DNA from: Zootoca vivipara | Lineage: Eukaryota | DNA length: 64,000 nt | Direction: 5' to 3' | Assembly (NCBI RefSeq): GCF_963506605.1 | Contig: NC_083276.1 | Location: 82,398,001 to 82,462,000, forward strand | Shown: positions 24,012 to 36,547 of the stretch, one piece after another | How positions within the stretch are numbered: the stretch's first letter is position 1 | Layout: each line of letters starts with the position of its first letter | Position numbers and translations under genes: made by a program | The notes under the pieces: generated by a model | What the model saw: only the letters and a program-made list of their open reading frames with translations | Databases searched by the model: none | What the model was told of the DNA's origin: nothing

Positions 24012-24152
24012 TTACAGGTAGGTAGCCGTGTTGGTCTGGATCGAAGTAAAATAAAAAAATTCCTTCAGTAGCACCTTAAAGACCAACTAAGTTTTTATTT
24101 TGGTATGAGCTTTCGTGTGCATGCACACTTCTTCAGATAGAAGAAGTGAATC
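24012..24152 (-). mobile_element. Penelope-like retroelement terminal-repeat fragment
   Basis: 13-bp flanking duplication CCATTGAATCTGG (23999-24011, 24153-24165); carries hammerhead motif, then AATAAA and TTAGTTGGTCTTTAAGGTGCTAC; short 5' inversion. Confidence 0.75.
24104..24139 (-). ncRNA. Minimal type I hammerhead ribozyme motif
   Basis: Minus strand UAU-CUGAAGA-A-GUGUG-CAUG-CACAC-GAAA-GC-UC-AUA: both conserved core boxes, perfect stem II, minimal palindromic stem III, 3-bp stem I. Confidence 0.75.
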
Positions 24153-24694
24153 CCATTGAATCTGGGATCAACTGTCCTGTAAAAAATTGTGCAGTGATGC
24201 TGCCATGCACTCATTCCAGCCTCCTGGTAAAGGTAGACTGCCTTCCTCTATTCCTTGCAGATGGTGTCAGCTGTAGCTGGGACTTCCAGATTTCATTTGC
24301 ATGTTTTAAGGTAGCAGCAAGCAAATTGCATTCAGTGTTTGTTTTCCACTGCAAACTGAATGATAATGAAGATGTATGTGATTCATGCCCAAACCTGACA
24401 AATCCAACAAAGGTGCTGGTAAGAACAGAGTTTGTTTGCTTATTTAGTTGGAGTCTATATTTCCTTGGACACATATTTTGAATCTATTCAATTAGTACAT
24501 TGATTGTTAAAGTCCATTCTGATCGTTTTAATGTTTATGTAAAAAATATGCTAAATTTCTGGTTTCACTATGCTGGCTGTTTAGCCGTAATAATAAACAT
24601 TCATTCAGTTTGTTCATTTTAAAAAAATACTTTCCTTGAACGGGTATGTAATGTTAGAATTACAAGGGCATGAAAACATAAGTAGACCCATTGG

Positions 24695-24990
24695 GTCTAG
24701 TCGTGACTCATTGGCCGAGGGAGCCGGCGTACAGCTTCAAGGTCATGTGGCTAGCATGACAAAGCCGCTTCTGGCGAACCAGAGCAGTGCATGAAAACAC
24801 CGTTTACCTTCCCGCTTGGAGCGGTACCTATTTATCTACTTGCACTTTGACGTGCTTTTGAACTGCTAGGTTGGCAGGAGCTGGGATCGAACAATGGGAG
24901 CTCACCCCGTCGCGGGGATTCGAACTGCCAACCTTTTGATCGGCAAGCCCTAGGGCTCTGTGGTTTAACCCACAGCGCCACCCGTGTCCC
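24695..24990 (-). mobile_element. Sauria SINE
   Basis: Reverse complement of the 1762-2050 SINE. Confidence 0.85.
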
Positions 24991-25778
24991 CTGAACATAA
25001 GTACCCATCAGCAAATGTGAGTTCCCTAATTTGATGAAATATTGCAAATGGGGGGTTATAGGGGTAAATCAGAAGATAGAGATTCTTAACTATTTCTGTG
25101 CCCCACCCCCAATTCTTCCCTTCAAGTTTCCTTTCAATATGTCATTCCCTTGGATTACGGTAATTTCCAGTCATGTAGTCCAGCTGAAGGGAAACCAGGA
25201 TAAAATGACTGCCCCATATCCAGTTCCTGCTTATTTCCCCCTGTAAATTAGTATTATGAAGAAGACAATAGTTGAATACCTTCTGTTTGCCTCATAATGT
25301 GTAGCTCTGACAAACAAAAATTTGGTATGCCTCTAAAAGAAGTCTTATTTTCATTATTTCTCCTAATACACATGTTTCCGGGAGAATTCCTCCTAATTAA
25401 TACACACACACACACTTTTACAAAGCCATTTCCCTTGCTATTATGCTTTTTTGCATGTTACTTTAACAAATATATGGATTTTTATACACACCACCCTAGT
25501 ACAGGATTTATTTGTTACAAAATACTTGACTGGATAACTTCATTGCAAGATTCAGAGAAGTGCAAGTGCTGAAGTATGCCTGTGTTTTGGCTTGCTGATT
25601 CTTTTGGAAAATGTGAATTAGGTAAGCTCACATTTAAATGTGATGCAACAACATATAACTCTTTAAGTCTTTCTAGTGGGTTGGTTACTGTGCTACCAAC
25701 AGTGCTACCAATCAGAAGTGATGACCCTCTTCTTTTCATTGTGTTTACCAGGTGCAAGTATCATGTCATCACAAGTAA

Positions 25779-26708
25779 ATGGCTGTAAACAATTACACTA
25801 TGGCGACTGAATTCATCCTTCTTGGACTAACAGATCGGCCGGAGGTTCAAGTTCCCCTCTTTGCGATATTCCTGTTGATCTATATTCTGACATTGGCTGG
25901 GAATATGGGGATGATAGTACTGATCAGGGTTAGCCCCCGGCTTCACACCCCTATGTATTTCTTCCTTAGCAATCTTTCTGTAGTTGATCTCTGCTATTCT
26001 TCCATCTTTGCCCCAAGGCTGTTGATGAATTTAGCACAATCTAATATCATTTCTTATGCGGGATGCATCACTCAGCATTGCTTCTTTGTAGTGTTTGTGA
26101 GTACTGAAGCCTTCCTCTTAGCTGCAATGGCATATGACCGTTATATTGCCATATGTAACCCCCTGCTCTATACTGCTATTATGTCCAAAAGTGTCTGCAT
26201 TTACTTAGTAGCAGGGGCATACTTTGGGGGGATATTGAATTCCATCATACATACTTCTGGATTGCTGAGGCTATCATTCTGTGCCCCTAGTATAATCAAC
26301 CACTTCTTTTGTGATACCCCAGCTATGTTGAAAGTTGCATGCTCTGATATCCATATCAATGAACTTTTGTTGGTAACCTTCTCTGCGACAGTTGCTATTT
26401 CTACACTCCTGATCATTGTAATCTCTTACCTCTACATCCTCTCCTCTGTCATAAAGATGCGCACTTCTGAGGGCAGAATCAAAGCCTTCTCCACCTGTGC
26501 TTCCCATATGACAGCTGTGACTTTGTTCTATGGACCAGTAAGCTTAAGCCACTTGCAGCCCAGTTTCATGTACTCTGTAGAACAGGAGAAGATCTCAGCT
26601 GTGTTCTACACCCTGGTGGTCCCAATGCTGAACCCATTAATCTACAGCTTGAGAAACAAAGAGGTAAAGGATGCTTTGAAGCAAGTGATCAATTGGCAAA
26701 AGAAATAA
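25779..26708 (+). CDS. Olfactory receptor, class II (OR5J-like), intact
   Basis: 309 aa, all OR motifs; ECL3 [12 protein letters not shown] recalls mammalian OR5J. Confidence 0.96.
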   Translation: MAVNNYTMATEFILLGLTDRPEVQVPLFAIFLLIYILTLAGNMGMIVLIRVSPRLHTPMYFFLSNLSVVDLCYSSIFAPRLLMNLAQSNIISYAGCITQHCFFVVFVSTEAFLLAAMAYDRYIAICNPLLYTAIMSKSVCIYLVAGAYFGGILNSIIHTSGLLRLSFCAPSIINHFFCDTPAMLKVACSDIHINELLLVTFSATVAISTLLIIVISYLYILSSVIKMRTSEGRIKAFSTCASHMTAVTLFYGPVSLSHLQPSFMYSVEQEKISAVFYTLVVPMLNPLIYSLRNKEVKDALKQVINWQKK

Positions 26709-27604
26709 TCTGAGTCTCCTTGCCTCAGAATGGTTTGGACTGCAGGGGTGGGCAATCTGTGGACCTCCAGATGTTGGGCCATAGCTCATATCTGTGGCCA
26801 CTGGGCATGCTGACTGGAGCAGATGGGAGTATCCAACAATATCCAAAGATTCAAAGTCAAAGATTCCCCATCCCATATTCAGTCATTTCTTTTGAATGAG
26901 TTGGAGGTCAATTGTGGAGAGGAGATATTGTCTTAATTTGTCTGATGTACAAATATGATGTATAAATTAAATAAAATGGAGGGAAAATAAGCTGGTGTAG
27001 AAAATGCCTTTGTTTATTCATTTCATTTCATTTGGTTATCTCCTCCCAAGAATTAAGTGCTTCCCAAGGCAATGCACATGAAATACAAAAGCAAAATTCA
27101 CATTTTAAAACAAACCAGTGAAACAATCCCATATTTTAAAATCCAGCTGTCCAACATAATATCAGGAAAGCAGCATAATGAAGCCACCAAGGCCAGGCCA
27201 CACAATCAGATACCCAGCCACAATTTGTTCCTGAAAGGCAAGGCAAAAATATAGTTTTTACAGCCAGTAATGGAACCTACCTAACATCACATGGAATAGT
27301 GTGTCTGCGTATCTACTGTATATAATATTACTGTTTACTTGATTTAAAGAACAACAACCCTCTAATCTAAAATATACATTAGAAAAATACAGTCTGTTCC
27401 AATCACAGTGATTTAAGGGAGAAATAAACAGAGTCGTTCTTCATGTGGAGCAACCTTCTCCTATGTTTTGGCAGTGAGAGAATAGTGAAAGCAGAAAGCA
27501 GAGTGATAGCACTCTTCGGGTGGCTTGTTTCTTTCCCAAGTGCTCTTTTTGCTAACAGATCATTAGAAAGCATGGCCTTCTCATTCTTTCTCATTCAGCT
27601 TTGG

Positions 27605-28103
27605 TGTCAAGGTTTCGGTGAATCCTATCACTCCCTCAGGGGCAGCAAAGAAGCAGAAAGGAAAGAGTTCTTACCAATCAGTTTATTCAATAATCACAGC
27701 GAGAGACAAAGGACAGCATCTCTCTCCTAAAAATGGCATTACTCCATGTAAATCCCCCCTCACGCTTCATCTCTCTCATACTACGTCATCCACGTGCCAG
27801 TTGGACTAGGATTTCTGTCTCTGAGCTTTCTGTTTAGCTACTCTCGCAGCACTCCTAGTCCCGGGAGAGGCGGGCTCAGGAATGCTCTCCAAAGACACTG
27901 AGTCTGCCGGCTGCCTCTCTCCTGGTGCTTCTCTTTCTTCCTGCTGTTCCTCTTCTAGTATTTCCCAGCTTCTGTCCTCTGCAGCCTGTGAACCATGCCC
28001 TTCTGCAAACCACTGCTCTAAATCTACACTGTCCTTCTGTTCTCAGGAAACTTCAGAAGAAAGGGGCAGCCCCTACCATTCCTTCTCAGTCCAGCCCCTG
28101 ACA
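27605..28103 (-). mobile_element. Probable solo LTR
   Basis: TGTCAAGG...CCCTGACA termini, TTTATT at ~27682; TSD imperfect. Confidence 0.5.
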
Positions 28104-28299
28104 TTGTGTGTGAGTGCTCAGGTTCAAGTGTCTTGGATTCTCATGGTTTCCAGTTGGTGGACTCAGAAAATTTTTCAGAAGGAAACACACCAATCTAGGT
28201 GGTGATATTCCGCCCCCCCCCCCCATGAAGAAGTAGCCTTCTGTGCTCATATCCCTGGCTACACAAGAACCTCTGAACAGTTGATTTTTTGTTTTTACC

Positions 28300-28580
28300 A
28301 TCCCTGATAACTGGGTGTCACCAACAATGGCAAATTTGGCCTTCTCACTGCTTACCTCTGATTTCATTTATGAACAGATTTAAAAGCATCAGTCCCAATA
28401 CAAATCATTGTGGAACCCCACGCCTTACTTCTCTTCATTGTGAAAACTTCATTTATTTCTACTTCTTTCCTCCAATTCCGTTACCAGTTACTTATCCATA
28501 AAAGCACTGGTCATCTTATCCCATGACTTACTCAGAACTCAGTGGCGATGGACTTTACGAAAGGTTTTTTTAAAGTCCTT
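28300..28580 (-). mobile_element. Old CR1 RT fragment
   Basis: Degenerate similarity to the RT segment at 18950-19220 (GTGTCA..CAAAT, CAGTCCCAATAC..TGTGGAACCCCAC). Confidence 0.5.
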
Positions 28581-29018
28581 TGGGTAAAACTCTCACAGCA
28601 TCTGGTGCTTCCAACAGGAACACAGAAAAGCACAGACAGGCAAAGAAGATGGTGGATCCCTCTGCCTCAGTGCTGCAGATGACCCAAATGCTTACAGGCC
28701 AAGGATGAGGCTAGCAAAGGAAGCAGTAATACTGTTTATGTTAGACTAAGAGAGGCGGGAACCTGAGCATAAAAATGTAGGAGAAGCCCATGGGAGGGTC
28801 CTGTGATGAACCAGGCTCCTGAGTTGTAGGGACAAAGGGCTCACAAAGTCTAATCTTAAACAAAGAGGGTCTGGGATTCTGAGGAACCTCAAAAGGGATG
28901 AGTTTGAGGAAAGACTGTAAAGTGTAACAGGATCGAAGAGATTTAAATAGATACTTTAACAATGGATACAGAAAGTTATCTCACCAAATCAGTTTTATCT
29001 CAAATGAAGTTTGACTAC

Positions 29019-29957
29019 TCAACAAGTAAAGATCTTTCTGCCGAGTGCCCTTTTCACAGCTTCCTTCACTTCCCTGTTCCTCAAACTATAAATCAAAGGG
29101 TTTAGCATAGGGATCACCAGTGTATAAAACACTGAGATAATTTTGTCTTGGTCCATTGTGTAGCCAGAGGTAGGCCGCAAATACATAAAGATCAGAGTTC
29201 CATAGAAGATAGTGACAGCCATGATATGGGATGCACAGGTAGAGAAGGCTTTGCGCCTACCCTCAGCAGAGTTGATCTTTAAGATGGTGGTGACAATGGA
29301 AATATAAGACACTAGGACAATCAAGATAGTACTCATGACAACTATTGTGGACAAGGTAAAATGAACAATGTCTGTACTGTGGATGTCAGAGCAGGACAAC
29401 TTCAGGATTGGAGGGATATCACAGAAGAAATGATTAATTACATTGGAGCCACAGAAAGACAAACTAAATATAAAAATTGTCTGTGCAGTGGAATTCACAA
29501 AACCAGTTACGTATGACAAAATGACAAGCAAGATACAAAGTCTCTTGGACATTGCGGTGTGATAAAGTAATGGATTGCAAATAGCCACAAAGCGGTCGTA
29601 GGCCATCACACCCAAAAGACAACATTCATTTGTTACAAAGATACAGAAAAAATAAAACTGCACAGCACATTCAATGAAGGGAATGGTTCTGTTTTCAGAT
29701 ACAAAGGTCATGAGCATCTTAGGGGCAATGACTGATGAATAACCAACATCTACAAGGGACAGGTTACTGAGAAAGAAATACATTGGAGTCTGAAGTCGGG
29801 CATCAATCCAGATTAAAAGAACCATCCCAAAGTTCCCCACCAGGGTGGTGATATAGATACCAAGGAACAGGACAAAAAGAGGAATCTGCAGCTCTGGGTG
29901 ATCCATGAATCCCACCAAAATGAATTCTGTCACACTGGTATGATTCTTTCTTTCCAT
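29019..29957 (-). CDS. Olfactory receptor, class II, OR5-like (intact)
   Basis: 312 aa, [45 protein letters not shown]; acceptor TCTCTTTCAG at ~29978. Confidence 0.97.
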   Translation of the reverse strand: MERKNHTSVTEFILVGFMDHPELQIPLFVLFLGIYITTLVGNFGMVLLIWIDARLQTPMYFFLSNLSLVDVGYSSVIAPKMLMTFVSENRTIPFIECAVQFYFFCIFVTNECCLLGVMAYDRFVAICNPLLYHTAMSKRLCILLVILSYVTGFVNSTAQTIFIFSLSFCGSNVINHFFCDIPPILKLSCSDIHSTDIVHFTLSTIVVMSTILIVLVSYISIVTTILKINSAEGRRKAFSTCASHIMAVTIFYGTLIFMYLRPTSGYTMDQDKIISVFYTLVIPMLNPLIYSLRNREVKEAVKRALGRKIFTC

Positions 29958-30701
29958 TTATGTTCTTTTGTTCTCCACTGAAAGAGAGAAGGAGCATTTA
30001 CAATTAAATGAGCACCAGCATTAATAGTTCTTCAAGACAAGTTCATGCACACTTGCTTGCTCTCTGGTTTTTCAATAATTCTACCCCCTTATTTGATTAC
30101 TGCATTCCAAATACCTACTGCGTGATGCACCTCAGTAGGTTCCACAACACTCATTAACAGTAGCAGTTTTGTTCCTTCCACTAGAGCTTTTGTTCCTTCC
30201 ACTATCGTTTAGCTGCAATGAGTTTTCTTTCTGAGTAAATATTATTGGGATGGAACTGTAATGGTATTTTACTGATCTGTGGCAAGTTGGAAAAGAGAAG
30301 GGAAATTAAGTTTCATTAAAAAGTCAGTGAGAGTCTGTTTTTCTGAATATTGTATGTTGGGGTGAAGAACAGGGGACGTCTACCAGATGCATGCCTTGTT
30401 TGTGAGCTTCCGAGAGGCATTTCCCTGGTCACTGTTTGAAGCAATATGTTTGATCTCAGCCAGCCAGGTCCTTCTTCTGTTCTACATCCTGTTCTACATT
30501 TCCAGTACCTTGAAAAATGTTCAATACATTACGTATTGAAAGTTCAATAGATGTTTTATGTGATGTTCTTAATACATAAGAAGGCTGTAGTATAAATGTT
30601 CTGATACAATAAATGAAATAAGATGCTGCTCTTTCACTATAGAAGGGCTTCTGAATAGTGAGACCAGGGACCTAGAAGGTGCAGGACTAGTCCAGTCTCA
30701 T

Positions 30702-31130
30702 CAGTGCTGACCTTAAGGCAATTGGAGCAATTTGGCCAAATTGGGCCCTGCGTGCTGCTCCTAAGGGGGCCCCCGCACCAGGGCCATCTAGATGGATTTT
30801 ATTTATACAGTGGTACCTCGACAACCGAACGATTCGACTTCCGAAGGTTTTGACTTCCGAAGTCAACAACTCCGGAAGTCTTTTCGCTGCGCACACGTTC
30901 TGCATTCTGCGCCTGTGCAAAGTGGCCCGTGTGGCCGGTGCATGCACAGAAATGGCACTTCGACAACCGAATACTTCGACTTGCGAAGACGGCTGCAGAA
31001 CGGATCATCTTCGTAAGTCGAGGTACCACTATATCTATAAGATTTTGCTGACTTTGGCTGTGAACTGGGGTCCTAAAAAAAAATCAATTGCACCCCACTG
31101 CTTCAAATTGGGCCCCACTGGCTAGCCCTG
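30702..31130. mobile_element. Non-autonomous hAT element
   Basis: TIR CAGTGCTGACC / GGCTAGCCCTG; perfect TSD AGTCTCAT. Confidence 0.8.
30808..31031. mobile_element. Tigger-like MITE nested in the hAT element
   Basis: TA|CAGTGGTACCTCGAC ... GTCGAGGTACCACTA|TA. Confidence 0.82.
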
Positions 31131-31534
31131 AGTCTCATAGTTGCTGGGCCTGAGTTGCCCTGCCCTTCCAACATTCAGGAATAATCAACTGGAGTGGTAG
31201 TGGTGGTGGTGGTGTAGATCAAAGCTGATGCACAGAAGATATTGGACATATATGATTTTCATATGTTACCATATGAAACATGTATACATGTCTTATGTCT
31301 CAGTAGGGTGTTTCTTTCAGAGTACTATACTTTCATGAGAAATTAATGTGCTTCAATTGACTTGTGCTGCTGTATAATGTCAGAATGATTTTTCCTAGTT
31401 TCATCTAGTATGGAACTGGGAATCTATCCATCTCCTTTCTGTTGCTCCATAAACTTTTCAAGGCAAGGCACAGTTTTCTCATTTTTTCTTTGGATATAAG
31501 GAATGGAAAGGTTTGTATGTATCTCTACGGAGGG

Positions 31535-31702
31535 AGGCGGTGGCCTCTGAATACCAGTTGCTGGAAATAAAAAGAGAGAGTGCTGTTGCCTTCAAGACCT
31601 GCTTCTTGGTTTCCAACAGCCATCTGGTTGACCACTGTGAGAACAGGATGCTGGACTAGATGAGTGACTGGCATGCTCAAGCAGGCTTTTCATATGTCCT
31701 TA
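31535..31702 (+). mobile_element. Old LINE/SINE 3' end (CR1-type tail)
   Basis: CATCTGGTTGACCACTGTGAGAACAGGATGCTGGACTAGATG...TATGTCCTTA; a related fragment lies at ~30410-30485. Confidence 0.55.
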
Positions 31703-32943
31703 CTTAAAGCTTGCTCTGAATGCCTAGTGTCAGTATTCATGAATACATAATAGCAACAAAAACAAAATCCACTCATGCACTTCCATTTGCAGAAGGCTCT
31801 TTGATATAGCAGAAGCCTTGACTAATGGAAGCAGTTTCCTTCTATTTCTCCCTGCAACCTTCTCTACCACTTGCAGTGCTGATTTGGGGTGTCCCCCAAT
31901 CTTTTGGAGCAGAGTTTTGGAAGGCAAAGGGGGAGGCATGGAAGATTTCTGAAAATTACTTCCTACCCCTCTTCTGTTCGTGGAAGCCTCTTTTGGAGAG
32001 GGGAGACTGCAGCACTGGGGAGTGGGCAGGCTGGCGAGGCCCCCTAGATTTAGAGGCCCAAGTTGCCCTGCCCTCACATGAAGTCTTGGGTTTGCAATTT
32101 TGGGAGAGGGGAGACTGGGCGGGCTAGCGAGGCCCCCTAGATTTAGAGGCCCTAGGCTTCAGCCTACTTAGCCTACTATACCATAAATCAGGCACTGCCC
32201 TCTGGTGCTTCCTCCTCCTCTCCCATGATTTCCCAACTTTCCTCCTAATCTGCCTCTGAGCTGTGACCTCTCTCAAACCCCTTTTGTAAATCTAAACTGT
32301 CTTCCTCTTCCTCCTCCCTGGAAGGGTCAAGCTGGGGAGGCGGTCTCCACCATTCCTCCTCTGCCCAGTCTCTGGCACGGTCGCATTCATAGGAAAATGA
32401 TTCCAAAATGCTCAGCACATTTTACAACTGTAAAATGTAAAACTCAGCCACCCAAACTGTAAAACTCAGCCACCCAAAAGCCCAACTCGAAAACAGAGAG
32501 CAGTGTTTGAGAGTAACTGGCACAATGGACACACCTGGCTGAAATACTCTGTTTCTAGTGACAGGGTTCTCTGCTACCCTCGTAGAATATATTTCATATA
32601 TAAATACTGGAAATGAATCCTCTTTGTCAGCGATTTTAACACCTGGAAGACTGCTTTGGAGAGCAAAAAAAAGGACTGTAAAAACAATAGCTGCTATAGT
32701 ATAGCAAACAGTATGGGAAGATCACAAACAGAGGTAAGAAATGGGGAAAGAGATTCACACCCTATTTGTTACTGAGCAGATAGGAATTATTTCACCAATA
32801 TGGTGGAATGCATGGACCAGCCCTCATATGGCTAGAGAACAAGTGTGAAAATGGAATAAAATACTCTTCTGTATTCACCATTCTGGGGATTTTTTTTAGG
32901 CTACTGAATGTCGCTCTAAGCAACAATGCATGTGTGTGTTTGT

Positions 32944-33033
32944 CATAGCTGCCAAGTTTTCCCTTTTCTCGCGAGGAAGCCTATTCAGCATAATGGAAAA
33001 TCCCTTTAAAAAAGGGTTAACTTGGCAGCTATG
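32944..33033. mobile_element. 90-bp hAT MITE
   Basis: 15-bp TIR; perfect TSD GTGTTTGT. Confidence 0.88.
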
Positions 33034-34907
33034 GTGTTTGTGTGTGTGTGCGCACACACACACACACACACACACAGACACAAAGATGTGCAGGTGTGTT
33101 GTAGTGGGGCATGGATTACAATACATGTTATGATAGTTTGCTACACACATGCACATTACAGCAAAATTTATGGGGCCCCATAAAGATAAATTTACTGGAC
33201 ATGCCCCTGGAAGGCAGTAAATGCACAAAAATCTGTGGTGAAATGTGCATGTACAGGGCACTGTGCAACATTCAGAAATACAAACAATAAAGGATGAATC
33301 AGTGGGGGAATTCTCCAGTTCTGAAACTTTAAAACCTGAGGAGAAATTTAGATGAGAAATACAGAGGCACCCCAGTATATTGGTTGCTCCCTAACATCCT
33401 TCATTGAGTTAATGTGATGCTGCTTGGCAAATGGCCTTCAAACCAGCAGCCCTCCCCATGCCTTTAACTCTAATTGAGTTCTGCTTAGAATTACAGTTAC
33501 TATAGTTAGTACAGTGTCACTAAAGTTAAACTCTGTTACATTCCATGTTACATTCCATTTTACCTGCCCCCTTGAAATAAGCTGGAGCAATGTTTGAAAT
33601 ACATTCTAGTTTTTTTTGGGGGGGGGGACCTCCTAATAATAACCATGTTATTTCTAACATTGTATAACTGCAAAATACCAACATGATGTCCATACAAAGA
33701 TGCAGTACTAATCCAGCATTTCTATTCTTGCTGCTTATTTATTCCTAAAACAAATAATATGTGGCACTCCCCTCCTTTGCCATCGACCCCTCTTTGTCCC
33801 ATTTGCTACTGAAAAGTTTTAAGTATCAATATAAATATCCTTTCTAATCCAGGAGTTTTACACAAATTTTGAGCTGGGATATTTAGAAAAGTAGCACTAA
33901 ATCAAGTTCAACATAGCACTAAGCAAATTGTTCTAGTAGCAAAAGGATTTCCCCCTGCATATTGGACCATTCTCCCCATTTGCTCCCTCTGTTAGCTCCC
34001 TATATCTGTTTTGAATTTCTCCCCCCCCCCCCCGGAGCAGATTTCGGGATGACATGGAGGAAGGAAAGTCCCATTGCGCTAGTGCTAATCCTTGGATTCA
34101 AATATTTAGTTCACTATCACCAGTAATATTTCCAGTTTAGTGGAATATTGTACTCAGTGCAATTATAAATAACTTCAAGATTGTTCTTTAGGATTGAAAT
34201 GAGAATAAGTATTTTTGCAATCTATTTGATTGCAGCTTCCCCCTCCTGCTTGCAGCTCCCCCTGCTCCTGCAGCAAAAATATTCATATAGGACATAAAGT
34301 AAAAACATCCCTGATTATTGGCCATGCTGGGTCATGTTGAACACACTATCTGGAGAGCCACAGGTTCCCTGTCTTTGTTTTAGAAGAAAAGATATCCCTG
34401 TGTTACAACTAGTCTGGGGAGATAGCCAGCAGTAGGTGAAGGAAGCCTGAGTAAAATTTGTTTGAATGATTTCTACAAGCATCCTCTCCTGGCAATTGAC
34501 CCAGCCCTCTCACTTTCAACTCCATTTCAAGAAAGCTGGGATAAATTAACTCACCCAGGAAGAGTGTCTGTTCTCAAAACATTCCTGCACAATACAGCAT
34601 AATGTGTTATTTCCATGAGGCATTTGTATTTGATATAGTTTAATGGTTATTTGAGGATGCGATTCGGAACAATATGAATTTTGGATGAGGCACATGATGC
34701 TCTTCAGTTATTGTTCATGCCTTTGGGACCTAATCACATGAATGCATGCCTCCTCCAAAGATTATTGCACAACGTCAGCTTTAATGAGTTTCAAAGAAAA
34801 CTCATGAACTGATGAAATAGTTTAACTTTTAAAGGTCTCTAATGATTCCTGAGAGTTAGTAATGCCAGCAATGATCCATCTTGTTTTACTCAAGTTTACG
34901 TCAATCA

Positions 34908-35298
34908 ATTGATGCCGAAGAATTGATGCTTTTGAATTATGGTGCTGGAGGAGACTCTTGAGAGTCCCATGGACTGCAAGAAGATCAAACCTATCCATTC
35001 TTAAGGAAATCAGCCCTGAGTGCTCACTGGAAGGACAGATCGTGAAGCTGAGGCTCCAATACTTTGGCCACCTCATGAGAAGAGAAGAATCCTTGGAAAA
35101 GACCTTGATGTTGGGAAAGATGGAGGGCACTAGGAGAAGGGGACGACAGAGGACGAGATGGTTGGACAGTGTTCTCGAAGCTACGAACATGAGTTTGACC
35201 AAACTGCGGGAGGCAGTGCAAGACAAGAGTGCCTGGCGTGCTATGGTCCATGGGGTCACGAAGAGTCGGACACGACTAAACGACTAAACAACAACAAC
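34908..35298 (+). mobile_element. BovB/RTE LINE 3' fragment
   Basis: RT C-terminus ORF 34958-35287, (CAA)n tail, 10-bp TSD ACGTCAATCA. Confidence 0.93.
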
Positions 35299-36260
35299 AC
35301 GTCAATCATCAGCCAGCCAGTTTCTAATGTTTAAATCATACAGTAGATGATTTTAACTCAGATGATTTTGGGGTCCTGATGAGGCTCACCCCAGTCTGTT
35401 GGGATCCCCAATCTCCTTTCAGCTCCTTTCATTCTACTAGAGACTCTCCAGCATATCTCCTTGGGACTCATGAGAAACATACCCTTACCCCTTAATATAC
35501 CAAATTCATCTTTTTTTTCTCTGCAGAAGAGAGCCACCTGATGATACCATCATGTCAGGAAGTCTGCTCTGTATGATATAGGAATCAGATCTTGACTGTG
35601 GCAGCATCTACCCTTTGGAATGCAGACGGGGCTGTCTCTACTTTTTTTTGGTGTTGATTGAAGACCTTCCTTTTCCAACCACCCTTTATCTCAGTCTCTG
35701 TCTATATTGGCTGTGTAAATGGTTTTATATATAAAATTCTAAAAAAACAAACAAAAAACCCCTTTTTATTGTGAAATTGTTTTGAGATATTTTATGGATA
35801 GTAACTCATGAATAGGTTCAAATGCATAAAGAGTTGATGAAGATTTGCATAGGCATTGCTAGGATTTCATTGCTCTTACTCAGCTAAGTGAAACTAGTGG
35901 AAGGCTAGAACTTAAATTAGCAATCCTGCTCACAGATATTGCAGCTGAAATCAATGAGAGCTTACTTTTGCAAAGGTGCATAGAAAATATCATCACTCAG
36001 GTGGCCTTGAACCTTCTCTGCTGCCCACAAGTTGCCCTTCTGGACTTGAAAGAAGCATCCTATGATAAGCTGCATTGTCTGCTTGGTTGTAGTATGTGTG
36101 GCACTCATGGCAATTTTCCTGATTTGCAAATGTGCCCAAGAAAGTTGCCAGCCCCTGGCATATAGGAATTGTAAAGAAAGCAAATCCAACCATTATCTGC
36201 TTACTATATAACTGTGGATCCTATATATAGGATATATATAGACCTTATTTGGGCTAAATT

Positions 36261-36511
36261 GTGACAAAAAAACCAGACTAATGTGACAGAATTTGTTTTC
36301 TTGGGCTTTACAGAGCACCCAGAGTTCTAGATGCTCCTCTTTTAGGTGTTTCTGTTCATTTATGTTGTGACTCTTCTGTTTCTATTCATTTATGTTGTGA
36401 CTCAGGATGGATTGGCAACTTCATACTCCCATGTACTTCCATACTTCCTCAGCAACCTGTCTCTTTTGGATGTTGCCTGTATAATGACCTTTTCTCCCAA
36501 AATGTTGATAA

Positions 36512-36547
<36 letters not shown>

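Noticed and set aside
31990-32480. Short direct duplications (GAGGCCCCCTAGATTTAGAGGCCC; TGTAAAACTCAGCCACCCAAA)
   Set aside because: Two-copy slippage or TE-internal repeats with no further structure
35375-35410. CTGATGA followed by short stems, as a second hammerhead candidate (also 5642, 34809, 49206)
   Set aside because: No stem II closed by GAAA and no UH cleavage triplet in register
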